From contig CAWCEI010000013.1 of the NCBI GenBank assembly GCA_963794535.1, positions 56,185-120,184 on the forward strand: a DNA stretch of 64,000 nt, in the 5' to 3' direction. The notes beneath the pieces were generated by a model, which worked only from the letters and a program-made list of their open reading frames with translations, searched no databases and was not told where the DNA came from. The position numbers were made by a program, and so were the translations under genes. Below are positions 53,249 through 64,000 of the stretch, piece after piece. The number at the start of each line of letters is the position of its first letter. The first letter of the stretch is position 1. The DNA is from an uncultured Actinomycetota bacterium. Lineage in GTDB: Bacteria > Actinomycetota > Actinomycetes > Actinomycetales > CAVURS01.

Positions 53249-54110
53249 ATGAGTACCACTCATCCCCATGACACCAGCGGCCAGCCGGCCGCTCACGAGC
53301 ACCAGCACGATCACCACGACCACGACCACTCGCACCACCCGCACGGCTGGCGGCATTCCCGGCGCCGGTCATCGCGCTCGGACGGATGGCAAGGACCCAG
53401 GGAGGCCACCATGAGTGACAGTCCGCGCGGAGACTCCCGCGAAGAGCGACCCGAAGACCGGCCCGCGACGACATGCGCCGCACGGCGACCGACACGAGCG
53501 AGGCTCGCGTTCGCGCGGCCGGCGCGGCGGCTTCGGCACCGACTTCGAGCCCGGCTTCGCCGGCGGCATGCCGCCTGGTTTCGGCCCCGGGTTCGGGCCC
53601 GGTTTTGGCCCCCGCGGCGGCTTCGGCCGGCGCGGCGGTGGCCGGCGCGGCGGGCGCGGCGGCCGCGGCGATGTCCGCGCTGCCGTGCTGCTGCTGCTGG
53701 AGTCGGAGCCGATGCACGGCTATGAGCTGATCCAGCGGATCCAGGACAAGACCGGTGGCCTGTGGGTCCCCAGTCCCGGCTCGATCTACCCCGCGCTGCA
53801 GCAGCTCGAGGACGAGGGCCTGGTGGCCTTCGAGCGGGTCGACGGCCGCAAGACCGCGACCCTGACCGACACCGGCAAGCAGTACGTCGAGGAGCACCGG
53901 GCCGAGCTCGGCGCGCCGTGGGACGACGTCAGCGGCGGAGTCAGCGGCGAGGCTCGCGAGCTGCGCCAGCTGATCGGGGCCCTGATGGGCGCCGTCCACA
54001 CCGTGTCGCACGTCGGGACCAAGGAGCAGGTGAGCCAGGCCAGCGAGGTGCTGGTCCAGGCCCGCAAGAGCCTCTACCGGATCCTGGCCGAGGACGAGCC
54101 GACCTCGTAA
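53249..54110 (+). CDS. PadR family transcriptional regulator with a Gly/Arg/Phe-rich N-terminal region, preceded by or fused to a His-rich segment; frame uncertain at 53340-53470
   Basis: The PadR winged helix reads DVRAAVLLLLESEPMHGYELIQRIQDKTGGLWVPSPGSIYPALQQLEDEGLV. Upstream of it is GFGPGFGPGFGPRGGFGRRGGGRRGGRGGRG. ATG 53249 (GGAG 8 nt upstream) opens MSTTHPHDTSGQPAAHEHQHDHHDHDHSHHPHG. Alternative internal starts are ATG 53411 (GGAGG 5 nt upstream) and GTG 53415. Confidence 0.7.
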
Positions 54111-54247
54111 CCCGCAGTCGGACCGACGCGGCCCGCTCCTGAACCGGAGCGGGCCGCGTCTCGTCGCACCGGCCGACTGGTCGAAGTCCGGGTTCGAGCC
54201 GGGCACAACCGGCCAGCGGCGACTTCGACCAGTTCGGCGGGTTCGGG

Positions 54248-56004
54248 CTAGCGGCTGGTGACCGCCGCGTAGGCATTGACGATCCCGTTGCCGTAGAAAC
54301 CGTTGTGCGCCAACGGTCCGACGCAGGTGGCCGAGTTGTCGACGGTGAACGGCTCACTGCTGCGGATGCGGTGCCAGGTGAACGTGCGCGGCGTCGGGCA
54401 GGGGTGCTCGACCGCCGTGTTCTCCAGGATCCGCTCGGTGACCGCTCGGGTCGAGCGTCAGGCCGCCGTTCTTGCGGTCGGCCTTGCCGTACTGGCTCAC
54501 GATCAGCGCCGCGACGCCGACCGCGTGGGGCGACGCCATCGAGGTGCCCTGGATCCGCTGGTAGTACGAGCACTCGCCGCCACCGGAGCAGTCCTTGAGG
54601 ACGAAGCCGGGGTCGAGGACGTTGCCGTCGGCGTCGATGTCCCCGTTGGCGAGCGCGACGTTCTTCGGGTACGCCGCGAGTGATCTCCGCCGCCGGGTCG
54701 AGCGTGTTGGTCGGGGTGTCGTAGAAGTCGCCACCCGGCGCGGCCACGTCGGACTGCTCGGTGCCGTAGTTGGAGTAGTACGCCAGCCGGGTCGAGATGC
54801 CGGTCGAGTTGACCACCACGACGCCCTTGCTCTCGGACGGGACGCTGATGCACGAGTTGTTGATGACGCGCGTCGTGCGCGGTGTCGACCGGGAAGTCCG
54901 GGCTCGTGTCGTCGAACGTCGGGTTGCCGAGATCCGTGCTCTCGTTGCCCGCGGCCGCGATCGGCAGGACGCCGTGGGAGCGCGCATAGTTCAGCGCCCG
55001 CTGGGTGGCGGTCCGGATGACCCGCTGCTCGGCCTGCTCCGCTGCGGAGTCGGCCGGGTTGTCGATGCAGTTGAACAGCCACGGGTCGGTGTAGAAGCTC
55101 ATGTTGATGACGTCCACGCCGAGGTCACCGGCGGCGGTGATGGCGTTCAGCGTCGGGCCCAGGAAGAAGTAGCCCGAGTCCTGGCCGGCCCGCAGGTTGA
55201 CCAGCCGCACGTTCGGCGCGACCCCGGCGATCCCGATGCCGTTGATCGGCGAGGCGATCGTGCTGGCGACGTGGGTGCCGTGGCCGTCGTCGTCGACGTT
55301 GGCCGGGTCGACGCAGCTGGCGACCTCGCACGGCCCGTCGATCACCGGCAGGTCGGTGACGAAGTTCTGCGAGTCGGCTGCGTCGAAGTTCGGCGCGATG
55401 TCCGGGTGGGTGCCGTCGATGCCGGTGTCGATGACGCCGACGAGGACGCCCTGCTTGCCGGGCTGTACGGCGTAGGAGCCGGTCGGGGTCGCACCGATCT
55501 GGCGCATGTCCCACTGGCTGTCGGCGAGCGGCTCCGGGGCGACGGCGGTCGCCGCGGCAGCGGCCGACTTGGCGGCCTTGGCCTGGGCCTTGCCCTTGGC
55601 GGCGGCCTTGGCCGCGGCGCGCTCGGCGGTCAGTCGCTCGACAGCGTCGCTTCTTGGCCGGCGGCGTCCTTCGGGGCCACGCCGATGACCCGGTTGCGGG
55701 CAACGCCGCTGACAGCGGTGGACCGGCTGATGGCGGTCGCCACAGCGGCCGACCCGCGCACGACGGCGAAGCCGACCGCGTCGTTGCTCGACTCGATGGC
55801 GCCACCGGCCTTCGCGATTGCCGCCTTGGCGCTCGCGGCCGCGGCGGAGCTGGTGAACAGCACCACGTAGTCGCTGCGTCGGGCGAGTCGCGTTCGTCGA
55901 GCTGCACGGCGGCGGGTGCCGCCCCGGCTGACAGGGGCCGCGGCGATGGTCGCCGCCCCGACGACGAACGCGGACGCTGCGATGAGCAGCGGTGACTTTC
56001 GCAT
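54248..56004 (-). CDS. Secreted S8 (subtilisin-like) serine peptidase; about 7 apparent frameshifts
   Basis: The signal peptide reads MRKSPLLIAASAFVVGAATIAAAP and follows a GGAGG. The catalytic triad motifs are VGVIDTGID, DGHGTHVAST and GTSMASPHAVG. The tail reads ..NGIVNAYAAVTSR, with its stop at 54248-54250. Confidence 0.75.
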
Positions 56005-56117
56005 TGGTGCCTCCAGCTCTCGCATTGGCAAATGTTCGGACTAGTCCGGGTAAGGACTTGGTCAACCTAGGCCCGGAACGGTCTGGCGGCTGAGATGGCG
56101 CGCCTAGGCTGTCCGCC

Positions 56118-57107
56118 GTGCAGCGCTGGGACGACCTCGAGCAGGTGCCGCCGGGGTTCGGCCCGTCGGTGGTGACGCTGGGCAACTTCGACGGCGTGCA
56201 CCTGGGCCACCGCAGCGTGCTGGCCGACGTGGTCGCCAGGGCCCGGCTGCGCGCGGCCAAGGCGGTCGCCGTGACCTTCGACCCGCATCCGCTCCAGGTG
56301 CTCTACCCCGACACAGCGCCGACGCCCGCTGAGCGGGCTCGACCAGCGGATCGAGCTGATGGCCCAGACCGGGCTCGACGCCGCGCTGGTCATGACCTTC
56401 ACCCGGGAGCTGGCCCTGTGGAGCCCGGAGGACTTCGTCCGGCGGGTCTTCGCCGAGGCGCTGTCCGCGGTCGAGGTCGTCGTCGGGCCGCGACGTGCGG
56501 TTCGGGCATCGCAACGCCGGCGACCTCACGACGATGCGCGAGCTCGGCGCGGCGTACGGGTTCACGGTCACTGCGATGGACGACCTCGGCACGAGCGACG
56601 GCGAGCCGGCCGAGGACTCGGGGTCGGGGCGGCGCTGGTCCTCGACCTGGGCCCGCGAGCTGCTGGCCGAGGGCGACGTCGCCGGCGCCGCCCGGATCCT
56701 GGGCCGCCCGCACCGGGTCGAAGGCGTTGTCGTCCACGGTGACCATCGCGGCCGCGAGCTGGGCTACCCGACGGCGAACCTCGACCCGCACCCGACCGGG
56801 GTGGTCCCGGCCGACGGCGTGTACGCCGGGTGGCTGGTCCGCCCCGAGCTCGACGCCGCGGGAGCCGGACGCCCGCCTGCCGGCCGCCATCTCGATCGGG
56901 ACGAACCCGACGTTCGACGGGACCCAGCGCCGGGTCGAGGCCTACGTCCTGGACCGCACCGACCTCGAGCTGTACGGCGAGCGGGTCGCCATCGACCTGG
57001 TCGCGCGGCTGCGGCCGACCGTGCGGTTCGACTCGGTCGACGCCCTGCTGGTCCAGATGGCCGACGACGTACGGCGCTGCCACGAGGTGCTGGGCCTGGT
57101 GCCCTAG
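56118..57107 (+). CDS. ribF: Bifunctional riboflavin kinase / FMN adenylyltransferase; 3-4 apparent frameshifts
   Basis: VVTLGNFDGVHLGHRSVL and AVTFDPHP are followed by GHRNAGD, the kinase part GDHRGRELGYPTANL and SIGTNPTFDG. These pieces lie in three frames. Confidence 0.85.
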   Translation: MQRWDDLEQVPPGFGPSVVTLGNFDGVHLGHRSVLADVVARARLRAAKAVAVTFDPHPLQVLYPDTAPTPAERARPADRADGPDRARRRAGHDLHPGAGPVEPGGLRPAGLRRGAVRGRGRRRAATCGSGIATPATSRRCASSARRTGSRSLRWTTSARATASRPRTRGRGGAGPRPGPASCWPRATSPAPPGSWAARTGSKALSSTVTIAAASWATRRRTSTRTRPGWSRPTACTPGGWSAPSSTPREPDARLPAAISIGTNPTFDGTQRRVEAYVLDRTDLELYGERVAIDLVARLRPTVRFDSVDALLVQMADDVRRCHEVLGLVP

Positions 57108-57244
57108 CCGGCCCGATCCCACGGATTCGGTCCCACGGCGCCGCGCTGGTAGCCTGAGCACGCCGTACGAACGGCCGCGGAACGATAGAGCCCGGGTGGA
57201 TGTGCCCCGGTGCGCCGCGCAACGATTTCCCAGAAGGAGCACCA

Positions 57245-57514
57245 GTGCCGCTCGAGGCCGCCGTGAAGAGCAAGATCATCGCCGAGTACGGCCTCAAAGA
57301 GGGCGACACCGGCTCCCCCGAGGTCCAGGTCGCGATGCTGACGCAGCGCATCAAGGACCTCACCGAGCACCTCAAGGAGCACCAGCACGACCACCACAGC
57401 CGTCGTGGTCTGCTGCTCCTCGTCGGCCAGCGCCGCCGTCTGCTGCGCTACCTGTCCGACGTCGACATCAACCGCTACCGCTCGCTCATCGAGCGACTCG
57501 GTCTGCGTCGCTGA
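57245..57514 (+). CDS. rpsO: 30S ribosomal protein S15
   Basis: GTG 57245 follows GAAGGAG. The sequence [51 protein letters not shown] is S15. Confidence 0.9.
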   Translation: MPLEAAVKSKIIAEYGLKEGDTGSPEVQVAMLTQRIKDLTEHLKEHQHDHHSRRGLLLLVGQRRRLLRYLSDVDINRYRSLIERLGLRR

Positions 57515-57524
57515 CCTTGCGCCT

Positions 57525-57556
57525 GGGAGTGGACCCGCGACCGCGGAGCCACTCCC
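57525..57556 (+). terminator. rpsO-distal stem-loop (terminator or processing hairpin)
   Basis: GGGAGTGG...CCACTCCC (8-bp outer stem with an inner CCGCG/CGCGG stem), 10 nt after the rpsO stop, followed by TCGGTCTTTCC. Confidence 0.5.
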
Positions 57557-57824
57557 TCGGTCTTTCCCGGCCGGTGGACCCCTGTGGCGACCGGCCCGCA
57601 CCACACAACTGAATATCGCTAGATAGCCAGAATTACCCAAGGAACGAACCAGGGACGTCGGCCCAACGCCGCGCCGGTCCTCGGTAGTGGCCTCCGGGAG
57701 CTGCGCGGCGCAAGCCGCAGCCGCCCGTGGGCCTCGATCGAAGACCGGGCAATCACGCCGTCGGTGCCGTCGCTCCCGTCAACCAGCCCGGGCATGGATG
57801 CCCGGGCCAGAACGGAGGCGACCC
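57557..57824 (+). promoter_or_regulatory. pnp 5' leader (Actino-pnp-type autoregulatory region, tentative)
   Basis: A ~270-nt untranslated spacer lies between rpsO and pnp. A perfect 10-bp inverted repeat GCCCGGGCAT-GG-ATGCCCGGGC (57786-57807) sits just upstream of the GGAGG SD of pnp. Confidence 0.45.
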
Positions 57825-60118
57825 ATGGAGGGTCCCGAGATCCAGTTCGCCGAAGCTGTCATCGACAACGGCAGCCACGGCACCCGCACCATCCGCTTCG
57901 AGACCGGCCGGTTGGCCAAGCAGGCCGCCGGCAGCGCCGTCGCCTACCTCGACGGCGAGACCATGCTGCTGTCGGCCACCACGGCCGGCAAGCACCCGAA
58001 GGACCAGTTCGACTTCTTCCCCCTGACGGTCGACGTCGAGGAGAAGATGTACGCCGCGGGCAAGATCCCCGGCTCGTTCTTCCGCCGCGAGGGCCGGCCG
58101 TCCACCGACGCCATCCTCACCTGCCGGCTGATCGACCGCCCGCTGCGGCCGAGCTTCGTCAAGGGGCTGCGCAACGAGGTCCAGGTCGTCATCACGGTCC
58201 TGTCGCTCAACCCGGACCACCAGTACGACGTCGTGGCGATCAACGCCGCGTCGATGTCCACCCAGCTGTCCGGCCTGCCGTTCAGCGGCCCGATCGGCGC
58301 CGTCCGCGTCGCCCTGATCGACGGCCAGTGGGTGGCCTTCCCGAACTACAGCCAGGTCGAGCGCTCGGTCTTCGACATGGTCGTCGCCGGCCGCGTCGTC
58401 GGCAGCGACGAGGGCGGCAGCGCCGACGTCGCGATCATGATGGTCGAGGCCGAGGCCACCGAGTCGGCCTGGTCGCTGATCAAGGGCGAGAACGTCGCCC
58501 CGCCGACCGAGGAGGTCGTGGCCCAGGGCCTCGAGGCGGCCAAGCCGTTCATCGCCCAGCTCTGCGCCGCGCAGTCCGACCTGGCGGCGCGCGCGGCCAA
58601 GCCGGTCCAGGAGTTCCCGACCTTCCCGGACTACGCCGACGACGCGTACGCCGCGGTCGAGGGCGCCTCGGGTGACCTCGAGCGACGCGCTGCGGATCGG
58701 TGACAAGCAGGAGCGCGAGGGCCGGATCGACGAGATCAAGGCCCGGGTCCTCGGCGAGCTCGGCGAGCAGTTCGCCGGTCGCGAGAAGGAGCTGTCCGCG
58801 GCGTACCGCTCGGTCCAGAAGAAGCTGATCCGCCAGCGCATCCTGCGCGACAAGGTCCGCATCGACGGCCGTGGTCTGGCCGACATCCGCCAGCTCTCGG
58901 CCGAGGTCGAGGTCATCCCGCGGGTGCACGGCTCGGCGCTGTTCGAGCGCGGCGAGACCCAGATCCTGGGCGTCACCACGCTGAACATGCTGCGCATGGA
59001 GCAGATGCTCGACACGCTGTCGCCCGGAGACGCGCAAGCGCTACATGCACAACTACAACTTCCCGCCGTTCAGCACGGGTGAGACCGGCCGCGTGGGTTC
59101 GCCCAAGCGCCGCGAGATCGGCCACGGTGCGCTCGCCGAGCGCGCCCTGATGCCGGTGCTGCCGTCGCGCGAGGAGTTCCCCTACGCGATCCGTCAGGTC
59201 TCGGAAGCGTTGAGCAGCAACGGATCCACCTCGATGGGCTCGGTCTGCGCCTCGACGCTCTCGCTGCTGCAGGCCGGTGTGCCGCTCAAGGCGCCGGTCG
59301 CCGGCATCGCGATGGGCCTGGTGTCCGACACCGTCGACGGGAGTACCGAGTACGCCGCGCTGACCGACATCCTCGGCGCCGAGGACGCCTTCGGCGACAT
59401 GGACTTCAAGGTCGCCGGCACCAAGGAGTTCGTCACCGCGATCCAGCTCGACACCAAGCTCGACGGCATCCCGGCCTCGGTCCTCGCCTCGGCGCTGACC
59501 CAGGCGCGCGACGCGCGGCTGCACATCCTGGACGTCATGGCCGAGGCCATCGACGCTCCGGACGAGATGTCGCCGTACGCGCCGCGCGTCATCTCGGTGC
59601 AGGTGCCGGTCGACAAGATCGGCGAGGTCATCGGGCCAAAGGGCAAGATGATCAACCAGATCCAGGACGAGACCGGCGCCCAGATCTCGATCGAGGACGA
59701 CGGCACCGTCTACATCGGCGCGACCGACGGCCCGTCGGCCGAGGCCGCCCGGGCGATGGTCAACGCCATCGCCAACCCGACCATGCCGGAGGTCGGCGAG
59801 CGCTTCATGGGCACCGTCGTCAAGACGACGACCTTCGGGGCGTTCGTGTCGCTGCTGCCCGGCAAGGACGGCCTGCTGCACATCTCCGAGATCCGCAAGC
59901 TCGTCGGTGGCAAGCGGATCGACAGCGTCGACGACGTCGTCAAGATCGGCCAGAAGATCCAGGTCGAGCTCAAGGAGATCGACCCGCGCGGCAAGCTCTC
60001 GCTCGCCGCGGTGACCGAGGATGCGGCCGGCGAGTCCACGGTTCCCTCGGACGGGGCTCCGGTCGACGTGGACGCTGCCGCTGGGTCGACTGTGGCCGAC
60101 GACAAGGTCGACGCCTGA
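57825..60118 (+). CDS. pnp: Polyribonucleotide nucleotidyltransferase (PNPase); 2 apparent frameshifts (~58670, ~59035)
   Basis: Two RNase PH domains (..[30 protein letters not shown].., ..[23 protein letters not shown]..) are followed by KH ([26 protein letters not shown]) and S1 ([18 protein letters not shown]) domains. Confidence 0.9.
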
Positions 60119-60119
60119 C

Positions 60120-61451
60120 GTGGCAGCCGTCCCGCTGCCGCTGACCCGCGGGACATCGGACACCGTTGCCGGGCAGGCCGGGGGCGCACTCGTGCGCCGT
60201 ACCGTCCTGCCCGGCGGCGTCCGGGTCCTGACCGAGTCCGTCCCCGGCGTCCGCTCGGTGACGCTCGGCTGCTGGGTCGGGCGTCGGCAGCCGTGACGAG
60301 GCGCCGGGCTACCTCGGCGCCACGCACTTCCTCGAGCACCTGCTCTTCAAGGGCACCGCGCGGCGCTCGGCGCTGGACATCGCGGTCGCCTTCGACGAGG
60401 TCGGCGGCGAGTCCAACGCGGTGACCGGCAAGGAGCACACCTGCTACTTCGCCCGGGTGCTCGACGAGGACCTGCCGCTGGCCGCGGACGTGATCACCGA
60501 CATGGTGACCTCGGCGACGATCAGCCCGGCGGACGTGGAGAGCGAGCGCGGGGTCATCCTCGAAGAGCTCGCCATGAACGACGACGACCCCAGTGACGTC
60601 GTCCACGAGCGGTTCTCCGAGGCCGTCCTCGGCGCGCACCCGCTGGGCCGGCCGATCGGCGGGACCCCGGCGTCCATCGCCGACGATCGACCGCGACCAT
60701 GTGGCGTCGGCACTTCCGGGAGCACTACGCCGGGCCGGGCCTGGTCTTCACGGCCGCCGGCTCGCTCGACCACGACCTGCTCTGCCGGGTCATCGCCGAC
60801 GAGCTGTCCCGCGACGGGGTCTACGCTCGGCCCGGACGCCGACCCGACGCCGCGCCGGCCCGGTGGCCTGGCGGCGATCGAGAGCCGCACCCAGCCGGTC
60901 GTCGTACGCCGGGCGACCGAGCAGGCCAACGTCCTGCTCGGCACGACCGCCCTGACCTCGACCGACGAGCGGCGCTACGCCATGTCGGTCCTCAACGCGG
61001 TGCTCGGCGGCGGCATGAGCAGCCGGCTGTTCCAGGAGGTGCGCGAGAAGCGCGGCCTGGCCTACTCGGTCTACTCCTTCGCCCAGGGCTACTCCGACGC
61101 CGGCTACTTCGGCCTGTACGCCGGGTGCGCCCCGGCCAAGCTGGACCAGGTGCTCGCGCTGATGCGGGCCGAGCTCGAGCGGCTGGCCGAGCGGCGGCAT
61201 CACCGAGGACGAGCTGGAGCGCGGCATCGGCCAGCTGCGCGGCGGCCTGGTCCTCGGCATGGAGGACACCGGCTCGCGGATGTCGCGGCTGGGCAAGGCC
61301 GAGCTGGTCTACGGCGAGTACGTCGGGCTGGACGAGGCGCTGCAGCGGATCGGTGACGGTGAGCGCCGCCGACGTCAAGGACCTGGCGGCCGACCTGGCC
61401 GGGCGGCCGCGCTCGCTGACCGTCGTCGGCCCGTTCGACGAGGACCGCTGA
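60120..61451 (+). CDS. M16 (pitrilysin/insulinase) family zinc peptidase; about 6 apparent frameshifts
   Basis: HxxEH motif GATHFLEHLLFKGT. It continues ..ERGVILEELAM.., and the C-terminal half (..SRLFQEVREKRGLAYSVYSF..) and tail ..LTVVGPFDEDR lie in other frames. Confidence 0.75.
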
Positions 61452-61493
61452 CCTTCACCGTCTGACGCGCTGCTCCTAACTAGGCTCGCGGCT

Positions 61494-62259
<766 letters not shown>

Positions 62260-62277
62260 GCCCGCTCGTCCACGGGT

Positions 62278-62583
62278 CAGGTGAGGGCGCGCAGGGTGGC
62301 CGCGACGACCGCCCCGACGATGCACGACGACGAGGAACGGCGCGCGGAGCAGCAGCGCCACGGCGGCGGCGGCCAGCCCGGCCGCGCGGGCGTCGAGGAC
62401 CAGCCGCCCGTGCGACGTGAACGTCTGCACGGTGACGAGCGCCGCCAGCAGCGAGACCGGCAGCAGCGCGCTGATCCGCGCCGCCGTCGGGTGCGCCAGC
62501 CAGGACGGCGGCACGATGTGCCCGGCCAGCTTGGCCACGTAGCCGAGCACGCAGGCCACCAGCACCGTCACCCAGAGGGTCAC
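62278..62583 (-). CDS. AzlD-like branched-chain amino acid transport protein; one apparent frameshift near 62325
   Basis: [25 protein letters not shown].. is a small 3-4 TM protein. The tail [14 protein letters not shown]-stop is recovered by dropping one base in GTGCATCGTC. Confidence 0.65.
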
Positions 62584-63265
62584 GCCGGCTCACCGGCCTC
62601 GCTCGGCCGGTCGGCGCCCGGCCGGGTGCGCCACACACCCGCGACGACGGCGGCCAAGCCCGGCGGCGAGGACCGGTACGCCGGCCGGGCACCGCGGGCG
62701 AGAGCACCATCGCCACGAACGCCGCGGCCACAGCGACGGCCTGCGCCTCACGCGCCTTGAGCCGGGGCCAGAGCAGCGCCAGGAAAGCCGACGACGCCGC
62801 CGCGTCCAGCCCGTAGCGCTTGGGGTCGCCCGAGCGCGTTGCCGGCCAGTGCGCCGACCAGGGTCGTGAGGTTCCACAGCACGAAGACGCTGGCGCCGGT
62901 CGCCCAGAAGCCGAGCCGCGAGGCCGCCGGCTCGGGCTGGCCGATCGCGACGGCGGTGGACTCGTCGATGGTCAGCTGCGCCCCGACTACGCGGCGCAGC
63001 CCGCGCAGCCCGAGGATCCGGGTCAGCTGGAGACCGTACAGGCCGTTGCGCAGCCCGAGCAGGGTCGAGGTTGCGACGGCCGCGACGCCCGAGCCACCGG
63101 CCCCGACGACGCCGACGAGTGCGAACTGCGAGCCGCCGGTGAACAGCAGCACCGACAGGGCGCAGGTCTGCCAGATCGACAGTCCGGCCGCGACCGACAG
63201 GGCACCGAAGCTGACGCCGTACGTCCCTGAGGCCACGCCCACCGAGATCGCCTGACGGATCACCT
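62580..63265 (-). CDS. AzlC-like branched-chain amino acid permease subunit; 2-3 apparent frameshifts, ends approximate
   Basis: VGVASGTYGVSFGALSVAAGLSIWQTCALSVLLFTGGSQFALVGV..LLGLRNGLYGL is the AzlC signature. The distal pieces (..LDAAASSAFLALLWPRLK.., ..FVAMVLSPAVPAGVPVLAAGL..) are in other frames. Confidence 0.65.
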
Positions 63266-63315
63266 GAGCCCGGCGCGCGGCCGAAAGTGCTTGCGGCTGC
63301 AGGGCTTTCGCGCGC

Positions 63316-63932
63316 TCATGTGCGCCAGAGCGAGTGAGACGCGACCAACCGCACCTCGCGCAGCTCGGCAGCGCGCTCCGCACCGTCCGGCGGCGCGGCG
63401 GCGAACGTTCGATGAGCTCCGTCCGGCTCGAAGCCGGCCGCGGTCGAGGAACCGGCGCCGCACGTCGTCCCCGGCGAGCACCCAGACGACGACCTCGCTC
63501 GAAGCCCGACCTGCCGGAGCCGGTCGGCCGCGGCGTTGAGCAGCCGGGAGCCGTGGCCGGCGTGCTGGGCGTCCGGGCGCGACCACGAACGCGAGCGAGC
63601 TCGCCGACCTGCGGGCGGCGTCCGCATCGGCCGGCCCGATCGCCGCGAAGCCGACCAGCTCGCCGGCGGACAGCGCCACCAGCACCCGGTGCGACCCGCT
63701 CGGCGGCCGGACCAGTGCGTCCCGCCAGACCTCGCCCAGATCGTCGGGCTCCAGGGCCGCCAATGCGTCGGCCGGGCAGCACACCGGCGTACGACGCGCG
63801 CCAGGCCGCCGCCTGCACCCGCCCCATGCCCGGCGCGTCCGCCGCGGTCGCCTCCCGGACGCTCGCGTCGGCCGACGGGACCCGGTCGGCCGGTCGGAAG
63901 GTCGGCGTGGGCAGGTCCATCAGCCCATCCAA
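63316..63932 (-). CDS. GNAT family N-acetyltransferase; about 4 apparent frameshifts
   Basis: The pieces are ..VREATAADAPGMGRVQAAAWRASYAGVLP.., ..HRVLVALSAGELVGFAAIGP.., ..QHAGHGSRLLNAAADRL.. and the tail ..GFEPDGAHR..EVRLVASH.., spread over three minus frames. Confidence 0.55.
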
Positions 63933-64000
63933 CCAGCGAGGCCAATCAGCCTGGATTGGCCGCCGTCGCCTGGGCGAGGTAGCTGTCGATCTCGGCCAGG

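Overview
Very GC-rich (about 70% by eye, not computed) chromosomal segment with gene content and synteny typical of Actinomycetota; I cannot assign a genus. There are four blocks. (1) 1-19.2 kb: an acyl-CoA synthetase tail and MarR/MFS genes, then a polyamine/agmatine catabolic cluster. This cluster holds an Lrp regulator, a class III aminotransferase, two aldehyde dehydrogenases, a PotD/A/B/C-type ABC importer, an FAD oxidoreductase, an agmatinase-family ureohydrolase, an APC permease and a saccharopine-dehydrogenase-family enzyme. (2) 19.2-25.2 kb: an accessory stretch with a DUF222-HNH endonuclease, an orphan ORF, DHFR-like, GNAT and DinB genes, and a secreted alpha/beta hydrolase. (3) 25.2-31.7 kb: gabT-gabD, a ~0.7 kb non-coding leader, a membrane GGDEF-EAL gene and DUF5317. 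(4) 31.6-64 kb: the conserved housekeeping run dxr-rseP-ispG-GNAT-(DUF559 insert)-proS-HAD-TSUP, then allB-aceB-CitE-like, two DUF4439 genes, rimP-nusA-ylxR-infB-DUF503-rbfA-truB, PadR, an S8 peptidase, ribF-rpsO-pnp-M16 peptidase-dapB, azlCD and a GNAT. I saw no rRNA, tRNA, CRISPR array or transposase. Two points dominate. First, from ~13.6 kb onward most genes, including essential ones (infB, proS, pnp, dxr, ispG), are split across reading frames by apparent single-base indels, whereas 3.7-13.6 kb is clean; this looks like consensus error rather than biology and makes many gene boundaries approximate. Second, the most unusual sequence-level signal is a duplicated leader module at 28.36-28.93 kb. 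It carries three unannotated micro-ORFs that all end G-[Y/M]-K-W-x-stop, and the last one overlaps (GTGA) a candidate start of the GGDEF-EAL gene. Smaller oddities are three nested ATGA-coupled mini-ORFs before infB, a CitE-like DUF6986 gene coupled to malate synthase, and a His-rich extension or upstream ORF on PadR. All homology statements come from motif recognition by eye; no searches were run.
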